This document shows, piece after piece, positions 1 to 10,104 of a stretch of 64,000 nucleotides of DNA. The stretch is from NCBI GenBank assembly GCA_038244725.1, contig JBBRTF010000005.1, positions 6,336 to 70,335 on the forward strand, written 5' to 3'. The stretch comes from Burkholderiales bacterium. GTDB lineage: Bacteria; Pseudomonadota; Gammaproteobacteria; Burkholderiales; Usitatibacteraceae. Within the stretch, counting starts at the first letter, position 1. Each line of letters starts with the position of its first letter. The notes below the pieces were generated by a model. The model had not been told where the DNA came from. It worked only from the letters and a program-made list of their open reading frames with translations, and ran no database searches. Position numbers and translations under genes: made by a program.

Positions 1-779
1 ACGTAGGCCGCTTCCACGGGGCCGGTGGTGAAGTTGTCGCCGATGTTCATCACGACGAGTTTGGCCCCGTAGAGGCCGCGCACCACCGTCTCCTGCTCGC
101 TCACGACGCCGGTGTCGCCCGAGAGATAGGCGACGAGGCCGTTACTGAACTTGAGCACGTAGCCGGTGGCGTCCCCCACGTAGCCCGCGTATCCGTTTTC
201 CTTCATCGACTTGCCGACCTCGCCACCGATGTAGTCGGGATCGAGGCCGTTGCTGTGCGAAGCCGGGACGGTGGCGATCTTCACGCCGCCCACGGTGGCG
301 CTGCCGCCGAAGCGCGCGAGGAGGGAGTCCGACGCCTGGCCGCCGTTCGCCTTGAGCTTGGCGGCGAAGAACGCCTGCATCTCGGAGCCCGTGACCATCT
401 TCGCCTTCTTGGCGAGCGCGATGTTCACCGCGTTCGAGTTCGGCATCGCGGATTCGGTCGTCTGCGGCTTGCCGCACTCGCCCGCGTTCACTTCCTTGAT
501 GTGCACGTTGCCGGCGTGGTCGCCGTGCATGTGGCTCACCAGCACCACGTCGATCTTACCCAGGCGCGGATCGGTGCCGCCCGCCACGCTGCGGCCCGGA
601 TCGTAGAGGATGCGAGTGCCGTTCGGATCCTCGAAGATGAGGGCGCGGTCCTGCGCGCAGAATTCCCCGTCGTGCGTGCCGAGGGGAGTGACCTTCACGT
701 TCTGCGCGAGGGACGGGCTTGCGGCGACGGCGGCCATGCAGCCCAGGGCGGCCAGCCACGCAGCTTCCTGCTTTCTCAT
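1..779 (-). CDS. secreted MBL-fold metallo-hydrolase (C-terminus runs off the left edge)
   Basis: Hand translation of the minus strand from ATG at 779-777 gives MRKQEAAWLAALGCMAAVAA (signal peptide) and later VSHMHGDHAG (HxHxDH, nt ~519-539). I checked every codon and the frame is open down to nt 3. It is absent from the ORF track because no stop lies in the window. Confidence 0.75.
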   Translation of the reverse strand, partial: MRKQEAAWLAALGCMAAVAASPSLAQNVKVTPLGTHDGEFCAQDRALIFEDPNGTRILYDPGRSVAGGTDPRLGKIDVVLVSHMHGDHAGNVHIKEVNAGECGKPQTTESAMPNSNAVNIALAKKAKMVTGSEMQAFFAAKLKANGGQASDSLLARFGGSATVGGVKIATVPASHSNGLDPDYIGGEVGKSMKENGYAGYVGDATGYVLKFSNGLVAYLSGDTGVVSEQETVVRGLYGAKLVVMNIGDNFTTGPVEAAY

Positions 780-854
780 CGAGGTTCTCCTAGGGGTGTC
801 GGGGCGGGTGGGAAGGCAGTATAGCCAGATCGCCCGGATCCCCCGGGATGCCCG

Positions 855-1610
855 CTAGGCCCGCTTCGAGCGCCGCTCTCCCACCGCGGGCCGCGGCACC
901 AGCATTCCCACCTGTTGTCGGTACGCCCGATAGCGCTCGCCGAACTGCGCGACGAGGTCGCGCTCCTCGAACCAGATGCCGATGAGGATGTAGCCCGTCG
1001 TCGCCACCGCGAAGAGCAGGTGCCCGGCGGTCATCACGGGCGCGGCCCAGAAGGCGAGCAGGAAGCCCACGTAGAGGGGATGGCGCACGTAGCGATAGAA
1101 GAGCGGCGTGCGGAACTCGGGCGCGGGGATCTCGCGGCCGGCCCAGTTCGCGTACACCTGCCGCAGGCCGAAGAGCTCGAAGTGGTTGATGAGGAAGGTG
1201 CTCAGCAGCAGCACGCCCCAGCCCAGCCAGAACACGCCGCGGATCACGTTGGCGGCCACGGGATCGGTCACCGACCACAGCACCGGCGTGGCGATCGGGC
1301 GCCATTGCCACAGCAGCAGCGCGAGCGCGAGGCTCGCCATCAGGACGAAAGTGCTGCGCTCCACCGCGGGCGGCACGATGCGCGTCCACCACGCCTTGAA
1401 CCCGCGGCGCGCCATCACGCTGTGCTGCACGGCGAATATCCCGAGGAGGAGCACGTTGACGACCAAGGCCTCGCCGAGCGATGCCGTGGCGCCGGTATCG
1501 ATCGATTTGGGCACCAACACGTTGCCGACGAAGCCTATCGCATATAGGAACGTCGCCAGGAAGAAGAGATAGGCGGCAACGCCGTACAGCAGAGACAGGA
1601 AGGCACCCAT
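855..1610 (-). CDS. ICMT/PEMT-family membrane methyltransferase, MddA-like (methanethiol S-methyltransferase-like)
   Basis: 251-aa ORF with multiple hydrophobic helices. Motifs [36 protein letters not shown] and GIWFEERDL match the C-terminal signature of isoprenylcysteine-carboxyl-methyltransferase-like enzymes. It lies 24 nt downstream of the preceding gene. Confidence 0.8.
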   Translation of the reverse strand: MGAFLSLLYGVAAYLFFLATFLYAIGFVGNVLVPKSIDTGATASLGEALVVNVLLLGIFAVQHSVMARRGFKAWWTRIVPPAVERSTFVLMASLALALLLWQWRPIATPVLWSVTDPVAANVIRGVFWLGWGVLLLSTFLINHFELFGLRQVYANWAGREIPAPEFRTPLFYRYVRHPLYVGFLLAFWAAPVMTAGHLLFAVATTGYILIGIWFEERDLVAQFGERYRAYRQQVGMLVPRPAVGERRSKRA

Positions 1611-1634
1611 GGTGAATCTCCTTTCGGGGTGGAG

Positions 1635-3773
1635 CTAGCGGTTGTTCAGGATTTGCGCGATTCGAACTGCGGTGCGCCGTGCGCCGTCGGACTCGACCGG
1701 TTTGTAGGTCACCGGCGCGTGCATCGCCTCGAGGGCGAGGTCGGCGAGCTGCGCGGGCGCGAGGCCGGCGTAGGCCACGGAGCGGTCCGCCCCATAGTTC
1801 GCCAGGCGCTTGCGCACGTGCAGGTTCTGCTCGAAATGGTTCTGCAGCGGGAAGCTGAGGAACGCCCGGCGCGTGGCCACCAGCTCCATGCAGGTGCTGA
1901 GGCCGCCCTGCACGAGGGCCAGGTCGCAACACGCTAGATGCTCGAAGAGGTTGTGGACATACGGGCGCACCTCGAGACCCTCGATCTTCGGCAGCGCGTC
2001 GGGCGCGAGGCGCGGGCCGGCGACCAGGATCATCCGCAGCCCGGGCGTCTCGCGCTTCATGCGCGGATAGGCCTGCGCGATCTTCTCCAGCAAGGGCAGG
2101 CCGACGCCGGTGCCGCCGATGGCCGCGATGGCGACCTTCTCGTCGCGGCCGTAGCCCAGGCGCGCGCGCAGCTTGTCGGTATCCGCATAGGCCGCGGCGT
2201 CGAAGGGCAGGGTGTAGCCGGCGTATTCGAAGTTGGCGTCGGTCCATTCGCGGATGGGCGGCAGGCCGGGCCCGAAGGGATCCTCCACCACGTCCTCGCG
2301 GTTGCCGACGAAGATCGCGGCGTCGCGCACGTACGGAAAGCGCGCGATGTGCTCGATGTCGTCGGCGTTGCGGTCGGCGCAGAGGTGCGCCTCGCGCTCG
2401 CCGCCGCTCATGGGCAGGCAGCCGACGAAATCCGTGAGGAAGACGAACGGCTGGCGCTTGAGCTCCGGATTCTCGTGGTAGTAGTAGTCCACTTCCCACG
2501 ACTCGTCGCCGATCACCAGGTCGTAGTGCTCGTTCTCCACCAGGTCCGAGAACGTCATGAAGTTGTTGACCATCACCTCGTCCATGGTCCGCAGCGCGAA
2601 GAAGGCGTGCAGGTCGTGCTCTCCCGCGAGGTGCTCGAAGTGCCTGCTCTCGTTGGCGAGGCGCGCCGTGATCGGGTGCACGTGTTCGCCTTCGCGCTCG
2701 AGATACGGGGCGGCGGGATCGACCGTGAACCAGTCGATCTCCAGGTCGGGCTGCAGCTTGCGCAGCTCGCGCGCGATGGCGAGGTCGCGCTGCACGTGGC
2801 CCAGGCCGATGGGGCTCGAGATGAAGAGCGCGCGGCGCTTGCGGCTCATGGCGCGCACCCATCGGGAATTGGCCGGCATACCACCCACGAAATCGCGCAC
2901 GCTGCGGTTGAACGCCACGGGATCGCGCACCGCGGTGAGGTGGCCGCCACCGCCGATGGTGAGCATTCGGGCGCCAGGGACCGATGCGCGGATCGCCTCG
3001 CCGCGCTCCGGGAACACGCGCCGGTCCGCGTCGCCGTGGATCACGAGCGTGGGGCACTGGATGTTGCGCGCGAGATCGCGCACGTCGGCGCCGAGCCAGC
3101 CGTTGCGCGCCCAATCCACCACCTCGCCGCTCGAGGCCCAGCCGTAGCGCACAGCGTCCTCGTAGGGCTTGGTCGAATGGGGCTCGGGGAAGACCATGCG
3201 GAAGAACCAGTCGAGGTAGGCGGCGTAATCGCCGCGAATGCGCGCGCTCTCGGCCTGCACGCGCTCGGCGATCTTCGTGTCGTCGATGCGCGCGTCGGCG
3301 TAACCGCCCGCGACGATCACGTGGCTCACACGCCCGGGTTGCTCGGCCGCGAGGCGCAGCGCCGTCATGGCGGTGGCGGAGATGCCGACCACGGCCAGCT
3401 TGTCGACGCCGGCTGCATCGAGGACGGCGACGAAATCGCGGTAGTAATGGTCGAAGGTGTAGGCGTCCTGCCCCGTGGGCCGGTCCGAGCGCCCGTTGCC
3501 GCGGCCGTCCATCACCACTACGCGGAAGTGCCGCGAGAGATAAGGGACCACCGCCTTCAACATGCCGGAGTGCGCGATCTGGAAGATGGGCGCGAAGGCG
3601 ATCCAGGGGCCGGCATCGCCGAAGACGCCGTACCAGCAGCTCACGCCATCGTGGGAGGCGAAGCCTTGCGCGGCGGGCTCCACGGTTTCGAACGGGTGGG
3701 GCGCGCCATCGGGCAGGCGAGCGCCTTCGGGAAGGTCGCCCGCGATCTTCGCGAGGTAATCGGGCAGGCTCAT
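1635..3773 (-). CDS. fusion protein: N-terminal alpha/beta-hydrolase + C-terminal GT1-like (GT-B) glycosyltransferase
   Basis: Start taken at MSLPDYLAK (ATG 3773-3771), overlapping the TetR stop as ATGA. N-half motifs: VVVMDGRGNGRSDRP, VVGISATAM, LVIHGDADRRV, GGGHL. C-half motifs: ALFISSPIGLGHVQRDLAIAREL and LVQGGLSTCMELVATRRAFLSFPLQNHFEQ. It is one uninterrupted frame with no stop between the halves. Confidence 0.8.
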   Translation of the reverse strand: MSLPDYLAKIAGDLPEGARLPDGAPHPFETVEPAAQGFASHDGVSCWYGVFGDAGPWIAFAPIFQIAHSGMLKAVVPYLSRHFRVVVMDGRGNGRSDRPTGQDAYTFDHYYRDFVAVLDAAGVDKLAVVGISATAMTALRLAAEQPGRVSHVIVAGGYADARIDDTKIAERVQAESARIRGDYAAYLDWFFRMVFPEPHSTKPYEDAVRYGWASSGEVVDWARNGWLGADVRDLARNIQCPTLVIHGDADRRVFPERGEAIRASVPGARMLTIGGGGHLTAVRDPVAFNRSVRDFVGGMPANSRWVRAMSRKRRALFISSPIGLGHVQRDLAIARELRKLQPDLEIDWFTVDPAAPYLEREGEHVHPITARLANESRHFEHLAGEHDLHAFFALRTMDEVMVNNFMTFSDLVENEHYDLVIGDESWEVDYYYHENPELKRQPFVFLTDFVGCLPMSGGEREAHLCADRNADDIEHIARFPYVRDAAIFVGNREDVVEDPFGPGLPPIREWTDANFEYAGYTLPFDAAAYADTDKLRARLGYGRDEKVAIAAIGGTGVGLPLLEKIAQAYPRMKRETPGLRMILVAGPRLAPDALPKIEGLEVRPYVHNLFEHLACCDLALVQGGLSTCMELVATRRAFLSFPLQNHFEQNLHVRKRLANYGADRSVAYAGLAPAQLADLALEAMHAPVTYKPVESDGARRTAVRIAQILNNR

Positions 3774-4462
3774 GCGCGCTTGCGCCTTGCGTTGGGCCGC
3801 GCGGACTTGCGAACGCGCTCGTCCAGGTCCTCCAGCAGCATCTGCATCGCGTCCAGCGCCGCGCGATGCTGCCGCTGGTCGCCTGGATGCCCCAGCAGAT
3901 CCGAGAATTCCATCCCCAGCCAGTACTCCGAGATCCAGCAGGCGACGACCTCGGCCGAGAAGGGCGGGGGCAGGCTCACGCCGCAATCTTCCAGCGTCGC
4001 GAATGCGTCGTTCACGCCCTGCCTCACGACCTGCTTCCAGGCGAGGATGCGCGGGATGAATTTCTCCCGCAGGTCCGCGTTCGAGAGGGAGGCGGCCCAC
4101 AGCTCCGTCTGCACGCGCACGAAGCCCGAGGCGAGGTCGCCGCGATAGAAGCGGCGCGCCTCGGCCCATTTTTCGGCGAACGTGCCGGGGCGGCGGTACA
4201 TGGAGTGCTGGCGATCGAGCAGCTGGCGGTTGGCCTCGTCCAGCACCGCGATCACCAGCTGGTCCTTGCTGCGGAAGTGGTAGTTGATGAGGGCGTGGTT
4301 CACGCCCGCGTCGCGCGCGATCTCGCGCATGCTGAGCGCGGCGTAGCCGTCGGTAGCCAGGCGCCGGAATGCGGCCTCGAGGATCTTGGCCTTGGTGTCC
4401 GCGGGCTCGACGCCGCTGAAGAGCATCGCCGGTGCGGATTGGGCAGCCCCGTGTCGCCGCAT
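3770..4462 (-). CDS. TetR/AcrR-family transcriptional regulator
   Basis: 230-aa ORF with N-terminal HTH KILEAAFRRLATDGYAALSMREIARDAGVNHALINYHFRSKDQL. The start could instead be the internal MLFSG. Confidence 0.85.
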   Translation of the reverse strand: MRRHGAAQSAPAMLFSGVEPADTKAKILEAAFRRLATDGYAALSMREIARDAGVNHALINYHFRSKDQLVIAVLDEANRQLLDRQHSMYRRPGTFAEKWAEARRFYRGDLASGFVRVQTELWAASLSNADLREKFIPRILAWKQVVRQGVNDAFATLEDCGVSLPPPFSAEVVACWISEYWLGMEFSDLLGHPGDQRQHRAALDAMQMLLEDLDERVRKSARPNARRKRA

Positions 4463-4474
4463 GGTTTTGTCCGT

Positions 4475-4500
4475 ATGGTTTAAACGAGTGGTTAAACCAT
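4475..4500. promoter_or_regulatory. candidate TetR operator (9-bp perfect inverted repeat, 8-bp spacer)
   Basis: ATGGTTTAA-acgagtgg-TTAAACCAT sits in an AT-rich patch 13-38 nt upstream of the TetR ATG (4462). Confidence 0.45.
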
Positions 4501-4621
4501 AGCGCCGTCCGGCCGCGCCGTCAAGGGGCGAATCCGTCGCATCCCTTCACAGGAATCTTCCGTTGGGGGGTCTGCGGCCAACCGTTTCCGGTTTTCGGAA
4601 AGTCGACTCCGACTCGATCGG

Positions 4622-4858
4622 TCAGGCGCGGTCACGCAGTTCGGTGACGCCGCTCTTTTCGGCGCAGTGGTCGCAGCAGAACATGCGCCCGGACTTCTCG
4701 AGCCCGTGGCCGATGATCTTCATGCCGCAGTGCTCGCACGCGGGCGCCATCTTGTGGATCGCGCATTCGAAGCTGTCGAAGGTCATCTTGCGGCCGTCGG
4801 CCGCGATCACCTGGAAGGATTTGTCGTAATCGTTACCGCAACCGTCGCAGCGCGCCAT
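4622..4858 (-). CDS. 78-aa Cys/His-rich metal-binding protein (two TRASH/YHS-like CxxC...C...C half-sites)
   Basis: Only the last 78 codons of track ORF 4622..5596 are protein-like: MARCDGCGNDYDKSF...FDSFECAIHKMAPACEHCGMKIIGHG...FCCDHCAEKSG. It has 8 Cys. The ATG is at 4858-4856. Confidence 0.7.
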   Translation of the reverse strand: MARCDGCGNDYDKSFQVIAADGRKMTFDSFECAIHKMAPACEHCGMKIIGHGLEKSGRMFCCDHCAEKSGVTELRDRA

Positions 4859-4929
4859 TGCAGGCTCCTCGATGAAAGAGCCGGTTGGACATGTGCGGGG
4901 CGCGGCGGCGTTCGTGACGCCGCCCTGGG

Positions 4930-5853
4930 CTAGGCGCTTTCCGCCGGCAGGAAGCCCTCGACCGAGAGGTAGCGCTCGCCCGTGTCGTAGTTGAATCCCA
5001 GCATGCGCGAGCCCTGCGGCATCTCCTTCAGCTTCTGCGCGATGGCTTGCAGCGTCGCGCCGGAAGAGATCCCCACGAGGATCCCTTCCTCCTTCGCGCA
5101 GCGCCGCGCCATTTCCTTCGCCGCCTCGGGCTCGACCAGGATCACGCCGTCGATGGCCGACATGTCCATGATCGCGGGAATGAATCCGGCGCCGATGCCC
5201 TGGATCGGGTGGGGCGAATGCTTGCCTCCGGAGAGCACCGGCGAAGCGGTGGGCTCCACGGCGAACACCTTCAACTTCGGCCACTGCTTCTTCAGCGCGC
5301 GCGCGCAGCCGGTGATGTGCCCGCCGGTGCCCACGCCGGTGATGAGGGCATCGAGCCCTTCCGGAAAGTCCTCGAGGATCTCCTGCGCCGTCGTGCGCAT
5401 GTGCACGTCGACGTTGCTGGGGTTCTCGAACTGCTGCGGCATCCATGAATTCGGCGTCGAGGCGATGATCTCCTGCGCCTTGGCGATGGACCCCTTGATG
5501 CCCTCGGCCCGCGGCGTGAGGACAAGCTTCGCGCCGTAGGCGAGCATGAGCCGCCGGCGTTCGACCGACATGCTGTCGGGCATCACCAGGATGCATCCGT
5601 AGCCCTTCACCGCGGCGACCATCGCGAGGCCGATGCCAGTGTTGCCCGAGGTCGGCTCGACGATCGTGCCGCCCGGCTTCAGCTTGCCGCTCTTCTCCGC
5701 GTCCTCGACCATGGCGAGGCCGATGCGGTCCTTGATGGAGCCGCCGGGATTGGCGCGCTCGCTCTTGATCCAGACTTCCGCCGGGCCGAAGAGGCGGTTG
5801 ATGCGGATGTGGGGCGTGTTGCCGATGGTGCCGAGTACGTTGGATGCTTTCAT
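4930..5853 (-). CDS. cysK: cysteine synthase A (O-acetylserine sulfhydrylase)
   Basis: Starts at [21 protein letters not shown]. Motifs: [14 protein letters not shown] (PLP Lys), [26 protein letters not shown]. 307 aa. It occupies the C-terminal part of track ORF 4930..6483. Confidence 0.9.
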   Translation of the reverse strand: MKASNVLGTIGNTPHIRINRLFGPAEVWIKSERANPGGSIKDRIGLAMVEDAEKSGKLKPGGTIVEPTSGNTGIGLAMVAAVKGYGCILVMPDSMSVERRRLMLAYGAKLVLTPRAEGIKGSIAKAQEIIASTPNSWMPQQFENPSNVDVHMRTTAQEILEDFPEGLDALITGVGTGGHITGCARALKKQWPKLKVFAVEPTASPVLSGGKHSPHPIQGIGAGFIPAIMDMSAIDGVILVEPEAAKEMARRCAKEEGILVGISSGATLQAIAQKLKEMPQGSRMLGFNYDTGERYLSVEGFLPAESA

Positions 5854-6407
5854 GGTTCCCTCAGGAATTCTTCGACGCGTTGCACGAACTCTTTCGACTC
5901 CGGCTCGACTTTCGAGGCGAAGCTCGCGACCTTGGCGCCGTCGCGCGAGATGAGGTACTTGTGGAAATTCCATTCGGGACGCTGGCCCGTGGCCCTGGCG
6001 AGGCCGTCGAACACCGCCGAGCCGCCCGGCTCCTTTACCGCGGTCTTCCCGAACATCGGAAACCTGACCGCATAGGTGCGATCGCAGAAATCCGCGATCT
6101 CCTTGTTGCTGCCGGGTTCCTGCCGGCCGAAGTCGTTGGACGGAAATCCGAGGATCACCAGCCCGCGCGACCTGTACTTCTCGTTCAGCGCCTGCAGGCC
6201 CTTGTACTGGGGCGTGTAGCCGCAATAGCTCGCGGTGTTCACCACGAGGACCACCTTGCCCGCGTATTGGCAAAGGTCTTCCTTGCCGCCCGCGATGTTG
6301 TCGACCGTGTGCGAGAGGAGCGCGCCGCAGGGCGCGGCGCTCGATAGCGTCGTCATGGTGAGGAGGACGGCGGCGAGGAGGAAATCGCGCGGCGTGGGAG
6401 TCGTCAT
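5850..6407 (-). CDS. glutathione peroxidase-family protein with signal peptide (Cys-type)
   Basis: Motifs: [17 protein letters not shown] (active-site Cys), [22 protein letters not shown]. The stop overlaps the cysK start (ATGA at 5850-5853). Confidence 0.85.
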   Translation of the reverse strand: MTTPTPRDFLLAAVLLTMTTLSSAAPCGALLSHTVDNIAGGKEDLCQYAGKVVLVVNTASYCGYTPQYKGLQALNEKYRSRGLVILGFPSNDFGRQEPGSNKEIADFCDRTYAVRFPMFGKTAVKEPGGSAVFDGLARATGQRPEWNFHKYLISRDGAKVASFASKVEPESKEFVQRVEEFLREP

Positions 6408-6464
6408 GGCGTGAGTTTAGCGCGAGTAGAATTCCACGCTTCCGACAACGCCCCGGGATCGCCC

Positions 6465-8195
6465 ATGAGCTGTGCCTCTCCATCCGCGCTTCGAAAGCTC
6501 TTCACGCTCTTCGCGGTCGCTGCCTGCCTCGCCGCGCGCGCCGCATCGGTCGCGCCCGTCGCCGCCGAGAACGGCATGGTCGTCACCGCGCAGCATCTCG
6601 CCACGCAGGTGGGCGTCGACGTGCTGAGGAAAGGCGGCAACGCCGTGGATGCCGCGGTCGCCGTGGGCTACGCGCTCGCCGTGGTGTATCCCGCGGCGGG
6701 CAATCTCGGCGGCGGCGGCTTCATGACCATCCACCTCGCCGATGGCCGCAAGACCTTCATCGATTTCCGGGAGGTGGCGCCGCTTGCGGCCACGCCCGAC
6801 ATGTACCTCGACGCGAGCGGCAACGTGGTGAAGGGCCTGAGCTTGAAGGGCCACCTGGCGGTCGCGGTGCCGGGGAGCGTCGCGGGCATGGAGCACGCGC
6901 GCGAGAAGTACGCGACGTTGAAGCGCGAAGCGTTGATCGCGCCCGCCATCGCGCTCGCCGAGAACGGCTTCGTGCTGGACCCGGGCGACGCCGACATGTT
7001 CCGAAGCGCCGCCGCGGACCTGAAGGCCGATCCGCCGAGCGCGGCGATCTTCCTCGACCGGGGAGAGGCGCCCAGGTCCGGCTGGAAGCTCGTGCAGAAG
7101 GATCTCGCGAAGACGCTGCGACTCATCGCGCGCCACGGCCGCGACGGTTTCTACAAGGGCGCGGTGGCCGCGGCGATCGTGGCTTCGAGCGCGGCGGGCA
7201 AGGGCATCATCACCCAGGCCGATCTCGATCGATACCACACGCGCGAGATGGCGCCCGTGGAGTGCGACTACCGCGGCTATCGCATCGTCTCCGCGCCGCC
7301 GCCCAGCTCCGGGGGCGTGGTGATCTGCGAGATCCTCGATATCCTCGAAGGCTATCCGATGAAGGAGCTGGGTTTCCGATCGGCGCAGGGCGTGCACTAC
7401 CAGATCGAGGCGATGCGCCACGCGTACATGGACCGCAACAGCTATCTCGGCGACCCGGACTTCGTGAAGAACCCGCTCGATCGCCTGCTCGACAAGGGCT
7501 ACGCCGCGCGCATCCGCGCCGCCATCGATCCCGACAAGGCGGGCATCTCGCAGGACATCAAGCCCGGGGTGCCGCCGCACGAGGGATCCAACACCACGCA
7601 CTACTCGATCGTCGACAAGGATGGCAACGCGGTCTCGGTCACCTACACGTTGAACGAGTGGTTCGGCGCGCGCGTGACGGCCGCGGGGACCGGCGTCGTC
7701 CTCAACGACGAGATGGACGACTTCACGTCGAAGGTGGGCGTGCCGAATCTCTATGGCCTGGTGCAGGGCCAGGCGAACGCCATCGCGCCCGGCAAGACGC
7801 CATTGAGCTCCATGAGCCCCACCATCGTGCTGAAGGACGGCAAGGCCGTGATGGTGGTGGGCACGCCGGGCGGGAGCCGCATCATCACGGCCGTGGCCCT
7901 CACCATCCTGAACGTGATCGACTACGGCATGAACGTGCAGGAAGCGGTGGATGCGCCGCGCTTCCACCAGCAATGGCTGCCCGAGACGACCAACATCGAG
8001 AACTATGCGTTGAGTCCGGACACGAGGAAGCTCCTCGAGGCGAAGGGGCAGAAGTTCTCGGGCCCGCAGCCGGCCAACCATCTCTCGGCGATCCTCGTGG
8101 GCGCGCCGGCGCTCGGCGGCAAGCCCGTGGGCGACAACCGCTTCTATGGCGCCAACGACCCGCGCCGCAACACGGGGCTCGCCCTGGGCTACTGA
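6465..8195 (+). CDS. ggt: gamma-glutamyltranspeptidase
   Basis: Signal peptide [24 protein letters not shown]. Motifs: NLGGGGFM, catalytic [24 protein letters not shown]. The start was moved to the ATG at 6465 to avoid overlap with the divergent gpx. Confidence 0.9.
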   Translation: MSCASPSALRKLFTLFAVAACLAARAASVAPVAAENGMVVTAQHLATQVGVDVLRKGGNAVDAAVAVGYALAVVYPAAGNLGGGGFMTIHLADGRKTFIDFREVAPLAATPDMYLDASGNVVKGLSLKGHLAVAVPGSVAGMEHAREKYATLKREALIAPAIALAENGFVLDPGDADMFRSAAADLKADPPSAAIFLDRGEAPRSGWKLVQKDLAKTLRLIARHGRDGFYKGAVAAAIVASSAAGKGIITQADLDRYHTREMAPVECDYRGYRIVSAPPPSSGGVVICEILDILEGYPMKELGFRSAQGVHYQIEAMRHAYMDRNSYLGDPDFVKNPLDRLLDKGYAARIRAAIDPDKAGISQDIKPGVPPHEGSNTTHYSIVDKDGNAVSVTYTLNEWFGARVTAAGTGVVLNDEMDDFTSKVGVPNLYGLVQGQANAIAPGKTPLSSMSPTIVLKDGKAVMVVGTPGGSRIITAVALTILNVIDYGMNVQEAVDAPRFHQQWLPETTNIENYALSPDTRKLLEAKGQKFSGPQPANHLSAILVGAPALGGKPVGDNRFYGANDPRRNTGLALGY

Positions 8196-8236
8196 CATCA
8201 CGCTGTCAGCCGAAGCGCGTCGACTCTCTGTCCGGG

Positions 8237-9910
8237 CTAGCGCGGCCCCGTGCGCTTCGCCTGCTTCCGGTCCTGGATGAAGATCGAGAGGAGCAGCCAC
8301 ACCCCGCCGGCGCCCGCGCCGAGGAGGGTGAGGATCGCGAGCCCCGGGTATCCCATCAGCATGAACGACGTCTCGATCTTCATCATGAGCGAGGCGCCGA
8401 TGATGAGCGCGGCGAGCACGATGCCCGTGGTGATGCGGTTGGCGATCTTCTGGAAGCCCTCCATGAAGAGGTTGGCGTCCACCGCCTTCACGCGAACCTC
8501 GATCTCGTGGTTGCCGAGCGCGTCCATGATCTTGTTCAGGCGCACCGGCAGGCCCGCCACGAAGTCCTTCAGCTCCAGGAGCGACTTCATGATGCTTCCC
8601 GAGGTCGCGTCCTTGTTCAGGCGCTTGGACATGATCGCGGCCGCGTTCCTGCGGATCGCCGCGTTGGGGTCGAATTCCGGGTCGAGGATCCTGCCCACCT
8701 CGTCCAGCTGGAGCAGCGTCTTGCCGAGGATGGTGAGGTCGCTCGGAACGTAAAGGCCCAGCTCGGCCGCCGCGCGCGTCACCTCCAGCAGCGTCATGCC
8801 GACGTTGATGTGCTGCAGCCCCTGTCCCTGCTGCTCGACGATGAGCTTCGAGATCACCTTGTTGAAGGCCGCGGTGTCGAAGCCTTCGGTGGTCTCGCTC
8901 ACCTGCACGATCACGTTGCAGGCGTCCTCGCTCTTGCCCTCGCTGATCGCGATGAGGATCTTGAGGAGGCTCTCCCGCATCGCGGGCGTGGTGTGGCCCA
9001 CCTGCCCGAGGTCCAGGAGCGCGATGCGGTTGTCCTCGGTGATGAAGACGTTGCCCGGGTGCGGGTCGGCATGGAAAAGGCCGTCCACCAGCACCTGCTT
9101 CAGGTACGCCTTGAAGAGCTGCTCGGCCAGCTCGCAGCCGTCCATCTCGAGGCGTGCGATCGGCCCGAGCCTGGTGATCTTCGCGCCGCGCACGTACTCC
9201 ATGGTGAGGACACGGCGCGTGCTGTAGTCCATCACCGGTTGCGGCACCTGGATCGCCTCGAACTCGGCGAGGTTCTCGCCCATCGCGATGAGGTTCTTCG
9301 CCTCGCGCTCGTAGTCGAGCTCGTGGCGGATCGTGGTGCGGAATTCCTCGAGGATCTCCACCAAGCGGTGGCGCTTGCCCACCTCCGTATGCGCCTGGAA
9401 GAACTCGGCGATCTGCGACAGGACCTCGAAGTCGTCCTCGATCTGCTTCGCGATGCCGGGACGCTGCACCTTCACCACCACATCGCGCCCGTCGCGCAGC
9501 GCCGCGCTGTGCACCTGCCCGAGCGATGCCGCCGCGATCGGGGTCTCGTCGAAGCGCGCGAACGCCTTCGAGATGCGCGCGCCGAGCTCCGCCTGCACGA
9601 TCTCCTCCACTTCGGCGTAAGAGAAGGGCTTCACCTTGTCCTGCAGGCGCGAGAGCGCCTTGATATAGGCCGGAGGGATCAGGTCCGGCCGGCCCGCGAG
9701 CACCTGCCCGAGCTTCACGTAGGTGGGACCCATCGCCTCCAGGTCGTCGGCGAGCTCGGCGGGCGTGGGCTCGCCTGCCGCCGGAGCCCGGTCGGCCGCT
9801 TGCATCGCCTCCTCGATTCCCATCTGCGTCACGAGGTCGGAGCGGCCGTACTTCCACAGCAGCTTCGCGATCTGCTTGTAGCGCTGCAGGTGCTCGGCGC
9901 CGAGCTTCAT
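8237..9910 (-). CDS. ABC1/UbiB-family atypical kinase with C-terminal TM helices
   Basis: Starts at MKLGAEHLQRYKQI (ATG 9910-9908). Motifs: GPTYVKLGQVLAGRPDLIP, AAASLGQVH, VVKVQRPG, HADPHPGNVFI, LLDLGQVG. Confidence 0.85.
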   Translation of the reverse strand: MKLGAEHLQRYKQIAKLLWKYGRSDLVTQMGIEEAMQAADRAPAAGEPTPAELADDLEAMGPTYVKLGQVLAGRPDLIPPAYIKALSRLQDKVKPFSYAEVEEIVQAELGARISKAFARFDETPIAAASLGQVHSAALRDGRDVVVKVQRPGIAKQIEDDFEVLSQIAEFFQAHTEVGKRHRLVEILEEFRTTIRHELDYEREAKNLIAMGENLAEFEAIQVPQPVMDYSTRRVLTMEYVRGAKITRLGPIARLEMDGCELAEQLFKAYLKQVLVDGLFHADPHPGNVFITEDNRIALLDLGQVGHTTPAMRESLLKILIAISEGKSEDACNVIVQVSETTEGFDTAAFNKVISKLIVEQQGQGLQHINVGMTLLEVTRAAAELGLYVPSDLTILGKTLLQLDEVGRILDPEFDPNAAIRRNAAAIMSKRLNKDATSGSIMKSLLELKDFVAGLPVRLNKIMDALGNHEIEVRVKAVDANLFMEGFQKIANRITTGIVLAALIIGASLMMKIETSFMLMGYPGLAILTLLGAGAGGVWLLLSIFIQDRKQAKRTGPR

Positions 9911-10104
9911 CGGGCTTCTACGCCGGCGCGGTGGCTTGCATCGGCGGGGTCGAGGGGGCTCGCGGCCATGGCGGTCTCCGGGATTGGAATCGGTGTTCGA
10001 CGTGCGGCGCGGCGCATCGTTCAGGCGGAAATGTGCTGCGCTCCACAGATTTTCGCGGCGGGGCTGTGTAGATTTCCTCATCAAACGGCGGGCAGCTCTT
10101 ACAA

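Noticed and set aside
790-4483. Very long ORFs 790..3114(-), 1938..4148(+), 2984..4483(+) and the N-terminal 131 codons of 1635..4169(-)
   Set aside because: They have extreme Arg/Ala/Pro/Gly composition and no motifs. They lie antisense to or out of frame with convincing genes. These are typical high-GC shadow ORFs.
4622-5596. 324-aa ORF as a single protein
   Set aside because: Only the last 78 codons are protein-like. The upstream part is an out-of-frame shadow of cysK.
5850-6407. Selenocysteine-type glutathione peroxidase
   Set aside because: The active-site position is encoded by a normal Cys codon (NTASYCGYT). There is no in-frame TGA and no SECIS-like hairpin.
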